Shown piece after piece: positions 8,877-18,400 of a DNA stretch of 64,000 nucleotides. The stretch's first letter is position 1. Every line of letters begins with the position of its first letter. Origin of the DNA: Deferrisomatales bacterium (GTDB lineage: Bacteria > Desulfobacterota > Deferrisomatia > Deferrisomatales > JARGFW01). The notes beneath the pieces were generated by a model. The model was not told the origin of the DNA. It made no database searches and saw only the letters and a program-made list of their open reading frames with translations. Position numbers and translations under genes: made by a program. The stretch spans positions 15,938 to 79,937 of the forward strand of contig JARGFW010000003.1 of the NCBI GenBank assembly GCA_029211085.1, written 5' to 3'.

Positions 8877-9880
8877 TCTTGAGCCCTCGCAAAGCCGCGC
8901 TTCTCGGCCACCTTGAGTTCGATGAAATCGACGATCTTCTCTTCCAGCTTCACTTTGTCCAGGCGATTGATGCGCGGCACGCCGCCGGGACTGAGGCAGT
9001 TGATCTCGATGAGCTTGTCCCCGATGATATCGATGCCCACGAAGTACAGCCCATCGCGCACCAGACGCTCCTTGATCACCTCACAGATATGGCGTTGGGC
9101 CGGCGTCAGTGTGTGCTTCAGCGCCCGGCCCCCCGCGTGGATGTTGGTGCGGAAATCACCCACTGCCGGGACCCGGCGCATGGCGCCCAGCACCTCGCCG
9201 TTGAGCAGCAGGACACGCACGTCTCCCTCACTCAGGCTGGTCTCGAGGTACTCCTGCACCATGATCGGTTCCCGCCGCGCATACTCCCGGGAGGAATGGA
9301 CGTAGAAGTGGATCAGGGAGTTCAGATTGAGCTTGTCCTGCATGCCCACCTTGATGACCCCTTCCCCCCCGAACCGGGAGATGGGCTTGATGATCATGGA
9401 GCCCCCGAACTCCTCGATCACCCTGCGCAGTCGGTTGGGGTCCCTGGACAAGTGGGTTTCCGGAATGATACTGGGAAAGTTCAGGGCGTAGAGCTTGGTG
9501 TGGGCGAGCAGTTGCCCGTGGGTCGAGTTGAGGATGAACACCCGGTCTTCGAGCGGCGACAGAATTTCCAAGGCATGGCGAACGATCGGCGGGTTCTTGC
9601 GCAGGAAGATCGCGTCGATCTCGCTCAAGGGCTCGAAAATTCGCTCCTCGCGCTTCAAGCCCCGGATCAAGGTCCGCCAGTACTGCTTCATCGACAGATC
9701 TTGGGGAGCCGATACATCCCGCATTCGTGCAACAATGCGATTGCCCCGCACATAGATGTCGTGGGGCTCGAAGAAATACACCGAGTGCCGGCGCTGGTTG
9801 CACTCGTACATGATGTGGCTGGTGGTCTCGTGGACTGGAGCGATGGACTCAAGGGGGTCCATCAGGAATGCTATTCTCAT
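8873..9880 (-). CDS. Glutathione-synthetase-like (GshB-type) ATP-grasp ligase
   Basis: This 335-aa protein starts at ATG 9880. It is collinear by eye with E. coli GshB: MDP...; IFLRKNPP; IIKP..RFGGEGV; GDVRVLLLNGE; NIHAGGR; GLYFVGIDIIGDKLIEINCLSP. Its GC content is visibly lower (about 57% in the first 120 nt) than that of its neighbours. Confidence 0.8.
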   Translation of the reverse strand: MRIAFLMDPLESIAPVHETTSHIMYECNQRRHSVYFFEPHDIYVRGNRIVARMRDVSAPQDLSMKQYWRTLIRGLKREERIFEPLSEIDAIFLRKNPPIVRHALEILSPLEDRVFILNSTHGQLLAHTKLYALNFPSIIPETHLSRDPNRLRRVIEEFGGSMIIKPISRFGGEGVIKVGMQDKLNLNSLIHFYVHSSREYARREPIMVQEYLETSLSEGDVRVLLLNGEVLGAMRRVPAVGDFRTNIHAGGRALKHTLTPAQRHICEVIKERLVRDGLYFVGIDIIGDKLIEINCLSPGGVPRINRLDKVKLEEKIVDFIELKVAEKRGFARAQE

Positions 9881-10183
9881 GATTGCACCGGCTTTCTTCT
9901 TCCGTGGCCAGCGAGAACACCGCTAATCATGCGCTAGTTTTTCTTCCTCCACCTGCTGGGTCCAATCGTTTACCATGGTTCTTAGATTCCCTATCTACCA
10001 GGGTGCATCACCTCCGGGAAGAAAAACCCTCCAAATGGTTTCTCTGCCCCCCGTAAAAGCATCCAAAAATTTGTGTTCAAGGGGAAGGATGACCGCTGTC
10101 CTGCCGAAGGGCCGTCCCTTTGCCACGGCCGATCTCACTACTACACTTACTCTAGCGCGCGCCACCTCAGGAGCCACCCCCGG

Positions 10184-11788
10184 ATGAGTCCGTCCACCCT
10201 GCGTCACGCATTGGCCATCGCAGCACTGCTGCTCTTGGCCCCCCCCGTGCAGGCACGGACAAAGACCCCGGCCGATCTGCTGCTGTTGGCTGCGGATCTC
10301 AGCTCGATGATCACCCTGGACCCCGCGGCCGTGGCGGAAAGCCTCACCAGCGGGTTCCTGCGCAACACCTGCGACACGCTGATGGACCTCGACGAAGAGG
10401 ATGCTTCGCGCGTAGTACCGGGGGTCGCCGAGCGGTGGAGCGTTTCGGAGGATCTGAGCACCTACACCTTCACCCTCCGGGACGGGCTGGTGTTCCCTTC
10501 CGGCAATCCGGTCACCGCCCGGGACTTCGCCTGGTCAATGCGCAGAAACGTGGAGCTCAACCTGGCCAGCGCGAAGCGGCTCCGCGACTGGGGGATCGAC
10601 GCCAGCAATATCGACCAGGTGGTGACCGTGGTCGATGATCGCACCCTGCGGTTGACGCCGCCGCGGCGTTACGCCCCCTCGCTGTTCCTGTTCGCCCTCA
10701 CCGACTACCGGGTGGCCCCCGCCCTCGACTCCGTCCTGGTGCAGGAGAAGGAGGTCAGCGGCGACCACGGCAACCGCTGGCTGTCACGCAACACCGCCTG
10801 CTACGGGCCGTTCCGGGTCAAGACCTGGCGCCCCCAGGAGGTGCTGGTACTGGAACGCAATCCGGACTGGTACAAGGACAACCCCATCCGCAAGGTCCTC
10901 GTGCGCCACATCTCCGAACCCGGCTCCCAACGCCTGATGCTGGAGCGCGGCGACATCGACATGGGGGTCAACATCGACCCCGCAGACTACGACGAACTGG
11001 AAAACAACCCCGACACGTACCTGACGAAGACGCCGGGGCTGCGGATGATCTACATGGCCTTCAACACGCTGGACCCGCGGTTTCAGGACCCTCGGGTGAT
11101 CCAGGCCTTCCGCCACATGATCGACTACGACACGCTGAGCAACACCGTGTTGAAGAACGCGGCCGAGGTGCGACAGAGTCCGGTGCCCAGCGCGATGTTC
11201 GGCGCCCTGCCGCGGGACTTCCGGCCCTACGCGTTCGACCTGGAGAAAGCCCGGCAGTTGCTCCGCGATGCAGGGCACGCAGACGGCCTGGTGGTGGAAC
11301 TGATGACCCAGAGTTCCTACCCGTACTACGACATCGCCCAGCACATCCAGGCGAACGCAGCCGCGATCGGCGTGGAGGTCCGTATCGCCTCCACCATCGG
11401 CAAGCACCTCTACACGAGTCTGCGGGCGCGCAAATACGAGATCTCCCTGTCCGGGTACGCGTTCAACTACCCCGACGCCAACAATGTGATGCTCAGCCAC
11501 GGATACAACCCCAGCGGGTCCGACACGGACAACACCGTCTCGGTGGCGTGGCGCTCCTCATGGTTCCCGGAGCCGTGGTTCAACGAGGCCATCCTGGCCG
11601 CCCAGACCGCGGCCGACCCGGACCGGCGCCGGAGCATCTACGAGGATCTGCAGCGCTACCACGTGGAGCACTCACCACTGATCTACCTGTTCGAGCGAAT
11701 CGATGTCCGGGCCCTGAGCAGGTCGGTGCGGAGCGTGAAGTGCAACGCGGCTGGCATATGTTTCTCCTCGGTGGTGAAAGAGCAATGA
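10184..11788 (+). CDS. ABC transporter substrate-binding protein, family 5 (peptide/nickel, DppA/OppA-like)
   Basis: It lies in ORF 10073..11788, starting at ATG 10184, which is preceded by AGGAG. It has a signal peptide (MSPSTLRHALAIAALLLLAPPVQA). Length and composition are typical of family-5 substrate-binding proteins. Confidence 0.85.
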   Translation: MSPSTLRHALAIAALLLLAPPVQARTKTPADLLLLAADLSSMITLDPAAVAESLTSGFLRNTCDTLMDLDEEDASRVVPGVAERWSVSEDLSTYTFTLRDGLVFPSGNPVTARDFAWSMRRNVELNLASAKRLRDWGIDASNIDQVVTVVDDRTLRLTPPRRYAPSLFLFALTDYRVAPALDSVLVQEKEVSGDHGNRWLSRNTACYGPFRVKTWRPQEVLVLERNPDWYKDNPIRKVLVRHISEPGSQRLMLERGDIDMGVNIDPADYDELENNPDTYLTKTPGLRMIYMAFNTLDPRFQDPRVIQAFRHMIDYDTLSNTVLKNAAEVRQSPVPSAMFGALPRDFRPYAFDLEKARQLLRDAGHADGLVVELMTQSSYPYYDIAQHIQANAAAIGVEVRIASTIGKHLYTSLRARKYEISLSGYAFNYPDANNVMLSHGYNPSGSDTDNTVSVAWRSSWFPEPWFNEAILAAQTAADPDRRRSIYEDLQRYHVEHSPLIYLFERIDVRALSRSVRSVKCNAAGICFSSVVKEQ

Positions 11789-12855
11789 ACATGGCACAGA
11801 CCACCCAGCAGGGGACAGACCCGCACCGCGGGGGAGCCACGCAGTGGGGCTCTCGGGCCCGGCGGCTGGCCCAGCTGGTGCTGACCATCGGGCTCACCCT
11901 GCTCGGTCTGCTAGCGGTGACCTTCTTCATCGGCCGGTTGATGCCCATCGACCCGGTGGTCGCCATCATCGGCGAGCAGGCAGACCAGGCGGCGTATCAG
12001 ACGGTGTATCACCAGCTCGGGCTGGACAAGCCGCTGCCGGTGCAGTTCTTCATCTACGCCCGCAGCATCTTCAGCGGCGACTTCGGCTTCTCCCTCACCA
12101 CCGGCAATCCGGTGGCCGAAGACCTTTGGCGGGTCTGGCCCGCGACCATGGAATTGGCCACCCTGGCGCTGGTGCTGGGGGTGCTGGCGGGGGTGCCGCT
12201 GGGGATCATCGCCGCCATCTGCCAGAACTCCGTGTGGGACCACCTGGTCCGGCTGTTCAGCCTGATCGGCCACTCGATCCCGAATTTCTGGCTCGGGCTG
12301 ATGGCCCTGGTGGTGTTCTACGCCAAGCTGGGCTGGATCGGGGGGGCAGGCCGCACCTCGATGCAGTTCATCGACGCGCTGGATCCGGTGACGGGATCGA
12401 TTCTGCTGGACTCGCTGTTGGCCCGCAGGTGGGACATGCTCGCCGACGCCCTGCGACACGTGATCATGCCCGCCCTGATCCTCGCCAGCGGCTCGATGGC
12501 GTTCCTCAGCCGCATGACCCGCAGTTTCATGCTCGAGCAGTTGAACCAGGAGTACATCGTCACCGCCAAGCTGAAGGGCCTGGGCACGGCCGGTCTGGTC
12601 GCCCACGCCATGCGCAACATCGGCGTGCAGTTGGTCACCATCGTGGTGCTTTCCTACGGCGGGCTGCTCGACGGAGCGGTGCTGACCGAGACGGTCTTTG
12701 CCTGGCCCGGCTTCGGCAGGTACATGACCACAGGACTGATGAACGGCGACATGAACGTGACCCTGGCCTGCGTGTTCCTCGTGGGCACGATCTTCATCAC
12801 CATGAATCTGTGCGCAGACGCACTCTACCGCATACTCGACCCGAGGACCCGCTGA
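11785..12855 (+). CDS. ABC transporter permease (DppB/OppB-like)
   Basis: The start at ATG 11785 overlaps the stop of the binding-protein gene (ATGA). Typical DppB blocks are present: RLMPIDPV, MTRSFMLEQLNQEYIVTAKLKGL. Confidence 0.9.
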   Translation: MNMAQTTQQGTDPHRGGATQWGSRARRLAQLVLTIGLTLLGLLAVTFFIGRLMPIDPVVAIIGEQADQAAYQTVYHQLGLDKPLPVQFFIYARSIFSGDFGFSLTTGNPVAEDLWRVWPATMELATLALVLGVLAGVPLGIIAAICQNSVWDHLVRLFSLIGHSIPNFWLGLMALVVFYAKLGWIGGAGRTSMQFIDALDPVTGSILLDSLLARRWDMLADALRHVIMPALILASGSMAFLSRMTRSFMLEQLNQEYIVTAKLKGLGTAGLVAHAMRNIGVQLVTIVVLSYGGLLDGAVLTETVFAWPGFGRYMTTGLMNGDMNVTLACVFLVGTIFITMNLCADALYRILDPRTR

Positions 12856-13757
12856 TGATCGGGGTAAGGCAGTGGCTACGGGCCGCCGAGGCCGCTTCAC
12901 CGACCCAGGCCCTGGCCCAAAGGGTCTACTTCGGCTGGCTCGAGTTCAAGTCGCACCGACTCGCCATGGTGGGGCTCTCGGTGCTCGCCGCACTGGTGCT
13001 GATGGCCGCGTTTGCCCCCTGGATCGCCACCCACGACCCACTGGCGCAGGACCTAATGTTCCGCCTGGCCGGACCCAGCAGGGAACACTGGCTGGGCACC
13101 GACGAACTCGGCCGGGACCTGTTCAGTCGCATCGTCTACGGCTCTCGGACCACCCTGTACATCATGACCGTGGTCGCCTCCATGATCGGCCCCGCCGGCC
13201 TGTTGATCGGCACCGTGGCCGGGTTCCTGGGGGGCCGGGTGGACGCCCTGCTGATGCGCATCACCGACGTGTTTCTCGCCTTCCCCGGGCTGGTCTTGGC
13301 CCTGGCTTTTGTCGCCGTACTCGGCCCCGGCCTGGAAAACGCGTTGATCGCCATCGCGCTGACCGGGTGGCCCGGCATCGCACGCCTGGCCCGGGCGGAA
13401 ACCCTCACCCTGCGCTCCCGGGACTTCATCCACGTGATCAGACTGCAGGGGGGGTCACAGCTACGGATCATCCTGCGCCACATCATCCCCCTGTGCCTGC
13501 CGTCGGTGATCGTGCGCCTTACCCTGGGCATGTCGGGCATCATCCTCACGGCCGCCGGCCTGGGGTTCCTGGGTCTGGGTGCACGGCCCCCCGCGCCCGA
13601 GTGGGGATCCATGCTTTCCACCGGGCGGCGGTTCATGCTCGACCACTGGTGGCTCGCCGCGATACCGGGCACGGCGATCCTGCTGGTGAGCCTCGCCTGC
13701 AACCTGCTTGGCGACGGGCTGCGGGATGTCCTGGACCCAAGGAGCAAGACCGGATGA
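12855..13757 (+). CDS. ABC transporter permease (DppC/OppC-like)
   Basis: The start at ATG 12855 shares one nt with the upstream TGA. It carries the block HWLGTDELGRDLFSRIVYGSR and several transmembrane segments. Confidence 0.9.
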   Translation: MIGVRQWLRAAEAASPTQALAQRVYFGWLEFKSHRLAMVGLSVLAALVLMAAFAPWIATHDPLAQDLMFRLAGPSREHWLGTDELGRDLFSRIVYGSRTTLYIMTVVASMIGPAGLLIGTVAGFLGGRVDALLMRITDVFLAFPGLVLALAFVAVLGPGLENALIAIALTGWPGIARLARAETLTLRSRDFIHVIRLQGGSQLRIILRHIIPLCLPSVIVRLTLGMSGIILTAAGLGFLGLGARPPAPEWGSMLSTGRRFMLDHWWLAAIPGTAILLVSLACNLLGDGLRDVLDPRSKTG

Positions 13758-14623
13758 ACCACACCACCCCCCCCGCCGACCCCATTCTCAAGGTGGACAA
13801 CCTGTCGGTCGGCTACGCCTCCCATCACGGAACGGTGCACGCCGTGCGGGACGTTTCGTTCCAGATGGGTGCGGAAAAGGTGGGCATCGTCGGCGAGTCG
13901 GGTTCGGGCAAGTCCACCCTGGGCAGGGCCCTGCTGCGCATTCTGCCGCGCAGCGCCACCCTGCAGGGGAACATCTGGTTTCACGGCACCGACCTGGCGC
14001 GGCTGACCGAAAAGCAACTGCGCGCCTACCGGGGTGCCCGACTGTCGATGGTCCTGCAGGACCCCAAGTACTCGCTGAATCCGTTGATGCGGGTAGGCGA
14101 ACAGATCGCCGAAGCCTACCGCCTGCATTCCGACGCCAGCCGAGAACAGGCCCGGGAGCGGGCCATGTCGATCCTCGAGGCGGTACAGATCAGGAACCCC
14201 GCTCGGGTCTACCGCTCCTACCCCCACGAGGTCTCCGGCGGCATGGGGCAACGAGTGATGATCGCCATGATGCTGGTCGCGGAGCCCGAGTTGGTGGTGG
14301 CCGACGAGATCACCTCCGCCCTCGACGCGACGGTGAGCATGCAGGTGCTGGCCATCCTCGACGATCTGGTCCGGGAAATGGGCTTGGGCCTGGTGTTCAT
14401 CAGCCACGATCTGGAACTCGTCGCGACGTTCTGCGAGCGCATCCTGGTCATGTACGCCGGGCGCATCGTCGAGGAGTGTCGCGCCGGGGAACTCGACCAG
14501 GCCCGGCACCCGTACACCCGCGGGCTGCTCGGGTCGGTTCCGCGCATCGACCGGCCGAGCCGCCGCCTGGCGGTGCTCGAACGCTGTCCCACCTGGGCCG
14601 AGCCCACACCGGGTGCCCCGTGA
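13754..14623 (+). CDS. ABC transporter ATP-binding protein (DppD/OppD-like)
   Basis: The start at ATG 13754 overlaps the upstream TGA (ATGA). It has Walker A GESGSGKST, the signature VSGGMGQRV, and Walker B LVVADEITSALD. Confidence 0.9.
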   Translation: MNHTTPPADPILKVDNLSVGYASHHGTVHAVRDVSFQMGAEKVGIVGESGSGKSTLGRALLRILPRSATLQGNIWFHGTDLARLTEKQLRAYRGARLSMVLQDPKYSLNPLMRVGEQIAEAYRLHSDASREQARERAMSILEAVQIRNPARVYRSYPHEVSGGMGQRVMIAMMLVAEPELVVADEITSALDATVSMQVLAILDDLVREMGLGLVFISHDLELVATFCERILVMYAGRIVEECRAGELDQARHPYTRGLLGSVPRIDRPSRRLAVLERCPTWAEPTPGAP

Positions 14624-15417
14624 CACCCGTGATCGAGGCAAACGGCCTGAGCGTGGTTTTCGGCAAGGGTGCGGCGGCCCACCGGGTGCTGGACTCGGTG
14701 TCCTTCAGGGTAGGCCGCAACGAGGTGTTCGGCCTGGTCGGGGAGTCCGGCTGCGGCAAGTCTACCCTGCTCAACTGCCTCAGCGGGCTGCAGCGCAACT
14801 GGGAGGGAGAGCTCCGCATCGACGGCGCCCCCCTGGCCCGCAGGCGCAGCAAGGCGTGTTTCCGCCGTACCCAGATGGTCTTCCAGGATCCCTATGACTC
14901 GCTGCACCCGCGACACACCGTCAACTCGATCCTGCGCGAGCCGCTCTCCATCCACCGCCTGGGCGACGTGGACGCGCGCATTCGCGGCGCGCTGAGCGAA
15001 GTCGGGTTGGGACCCGAGTTTCGTTTTCGCTACCCCCATCAGCTCTCCGGCGGCCAACGCCAGCGCGTGGCCATCGCCCGCGCCCTGATCCTGGACCCCG
15101 AGATCCTACTGCTGGACGAGCCCACCTCGGCCCTGGATGTTTCCGTGCAGGCAGAGATCCTCAACCTGCTCCTGGACATTCGGGAGAAGGGCCGCATCAC
15201 CTACGTGCTGGTCAGCCACAACCTGGGCGTGGTGGCCCACATGTGCAACCGGATCGCGGTCCTGCACGGCGGAGTCCTGGTCGAGGAACTGGTCCCCGAC
15301 CAACTGCGGGAGCACACCCCGCAACACCCCTACACCCGTCGACTCCTCGACGCCAACCTCGGCTACGACCGCGGCAAGGCCCACAGGATGCTGCAAGGGG
15401 CGGAGTCCGGTGGGTAG
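14620..15417 (+). CDS. ABC transporter ATP-binding protein (DppF/OppF-like)
   Basis: The start at GTG 14620 overlaps the upstream TGA (GTGA). It has Walker A GESGCGKST, the signature LSGGQRQRVAIARAL, and Walker B LLLDEPTSALD. Confidence 0.9.
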   Translation: MTPVIEANGLSVVFGKGAAAHRVLDSVSFRVGRNEVFGLVGESGCGKSTLLNCLSGLQRNWEGELRIDGAPLARRRSKACFRRTQMVFQDPYDSLHPRHTVNSILREPLSIHRLGDVDARIRGALSEVGLGPEFRFRYPHQLSGGQRQRVAIARALILDPEILLLDEPTSALDVSVQAEILNLLLDIREKGRITYVLVSHNLGVVAHMCNRIAVLHGGVLVEELVPDQLREHTPQHPYTRRLLDANLGYDRGKAHRMLQGAESGG

Positions 15418-15452
15418 ACCACCCGGCGCCGGGAACCCTGGGGAGTCCCCCC

Positions 15453-18400
15453 GTGCGTAAGCGGCTCCTGGGCTTGCTGAACCTTACCGAGAACGAGCTC
15501 GCCCTGTTCCTGTGGACCGCTGCCCTGCTGTTTTTCGTCAGGAGTTCGGGCATCGTCCTCAACAACTTCGCCGAGACGGTGTTCCTGCAGCGCTTCGGCG
15601 TGGAGTTCCTGCCCTACGTCAACATGGGCAACGCGGCGGCCACGTTCCTGTTGATGGGCTGGATGAGCGGGCTCCTCGGGCGCTTCTCCGCCGCACAGCT
15701 GCTCGAGAAAATGTTCTTTTTCTGCGGCATCTCGGTGGTGTTCTTGCGCCTCCTCATTCCCCTCGGCCTGACCTTCGTCTATCCGGTGTTCTTCATCCTC
15801 AAGGCCCAGTACGAGGTCCTGCTTGCCCTGTTGTTCTGGAATCTCGCCAATGACCTGTTCGACACCCGGCAGTCGAAACGCATCTTCCCCCTGGTCACGG
15901 CGGGGGGGGTGGTCGGGCAGATTCTCGGCAGCTTTCTCACGCCAGCGGCCGCGCGACTTCTCTCCCTGGACAACCTCGTCTATTTCTACCTGGCCATCGT
16001 GGTCGCGGGGGCCCTGACGACACTGGCGATGCGGCGGAAGCACCCATCCTCCGCGTTCATCGGGGAGAAGAAAGAGAGCAACGACAAAATTTCCATACTG
16101 GATGAAGTTCGAAACATCATCCCTATAATAAAAGAGTCTCACCTACTGAAGATCCTCATCGCGTTGACATTCATTCCCAACGTTCTCATACCCATACTGA
16201 ATTACCAATTCAATTTCGTTGTCGCGGACCGCTTTGCCTCTGAAAGTGGTATGTTGGATTTCCTGAGCAATTTCAGAGGTTATCTAAACATCGTCAGCCT
16301 ATTGATATTGCTTTTCGTCGGAAAGTTATACGGAAGATTCGGTCTACCGATCGCTTTGATGTTCCACCCAATCAACTACCTTCTTATCTTCGCCTCCCTG
16401 CTGCTCCGCTTCGACATCATCACGGCTTCATACGCGCGCCTGACAGCCAACATCGTCCGCACGACGATCAATGCGCCAGCGCTCGCCGTAGTCACCGGGA
16501 TGTTCCCGGAACGCTACCGGAATCAAGTGCGCCCGTTCCTGCGCGGGACGGTCGTGCGCGTCGGGATCGTGGGCAGCTCGGCCGTCATCCTGGCATCTGC
16601 CCCCTTGTTCCACCCCCGCTACCTGTCGCTGGTGGCCCTGCCATTTTGCCTCACGTGGATTGCCGCCTGTGTGTCCCTGAAGCGCAACTACGCGGCTCTG
16701 CTGCTGGGCATCGTGCGGGATGGCACCCTGGAGCTGAACTCCATGGAGGAGGATCGGGTCGCCGAGTATTTTCAGGACTCCCGGGTAAAAGACACCCTCG
16801 CCCAGAACCTGGCGCAGGCGAGCGAAGATACCAAGGTCTGGCATGCGGACCTGCTGCGCCGGGTGGACGCGGCGCGCGCCAGTATCCTGATCGCGGCAGT
16901 CCTGAAACGGGAGGACTCGGAGCAGACGTGCACCCGGCTCATCCATCTACTGGACTCGGACCCGGACGGCTCGGTGGTGGAGAAGCTCAAGACCCTGGTG
17001 GACCTCTCGCGCACCCGGCAGACCCGCGCGCTGCTCACCGCGTTGCGCCGCTTCGACCCAGCCAGTTCCCGAGAGGTCTGCGCGCACATCGAGACCCTGG
17101 AACCGCCCCTGTCGATCCGCGCGCACACCGTTGCGGATCTGTACGCAACCGATCCGCAGGCCTACGGCCGCACCGTAGACGCCTGGCTCCACTCTTCCCA
17201 GCGCCGGGAGCGGGCCGCCGGGGCCGTGGCTGCCGGCCTGATCGGCGCGGACTACGGCGACACCCTGCGCGGCATGCTCGACCGCGAGCAGGACCCTCGG
17301 GTCACGGCCAAACTTCTCCAGGCACTGCAGCAGATAGGGATGAGCGGGTTGAAACCCCTCGCCGAGCGGTTTCTCGATCACCCGAGCCCGGCGGTGCGCT
17401 TCTTCGCTCTGCAGGGGTACGGAGTGGGGGGAAGGAGCGACTTGCGCAAGGTCGTCTATATGTTCGCCGACCCGTCCAGCAGGGTGGCCGAACGGGCTCG
17501 GCAGAAGGTCAAGAGCGCTCCCAACCTCGACGCCCAGGATCTGTTCGCCCTGCTGGACCTGCCCCACAAGAAAGTGCGCAAAGGAATTCTCGCGCTACTG
17601 AAGTCGATCAACGTGGGCGAGATCGAGGTCATCCGCTTCGGCATGAAACAGGCGCGCACCGCGTATCAACGTCTGGCCGAGGCCAACGCCCTGGACCAGT
17701 TGCCAGATAGCCTGGAGCGCAACCTGCTCCAACGCCACCTGCTGACCCTCAAGGACGAAGCGGCGGAGACCCTGATCCGCGTCCTGCAGAGCCAGAACCG
17801 AGAGGTTGGGATGCGAACCCTGGCCAGGGGGCTGTTCACCGGGGACGAGCGCAGGAAGGCAAACAGCGTGGAGGCGATTTCACAACTCCTCGCCAAGCCG
17901 CTGCGCGAGGTGCTGGTGCCCATCCTGGACAGCACCGACAACGACGCGAAGCTGGCGGCAGGAAGGCGGCACTTCTCCCTGAAATACTACCGCCAAGAGA
18001 CCGACGCGTTGGTGTCGACGCTGTCGGTCAGCGAGGACTGCGTGACCTCCGCCCTCGCCTATTTCCTGTCGATGAAGGAGCACATCCCCATCGACCTGTC
18101 GGCGGCCGTGGATCTGGAACGCTTCGAGTCGGAACCCATCTGCAAGATCGCCCACTTCCTGTATCAGTCGGGCGCCGGCCCGAACACGGCAACGGAGTCC
18201 GCCATGAAGAACGCCCTGGGCCTTCCAGAAAAGATCTTCTTGCTGCAGAACGTATACGTCTTCCAAGGCATGTCCGTCGGCGACCTGGCGGCGGTCGCCG
18301 CAGTCGGCGAGGAGGTAGCGCTGCAGGCCGGACAGCGCGTCTTCGCCGAAGGCGAGTTCGCCGACAAGATGTTCATGGTGGCCACAGGCGCGGTGTCGCT

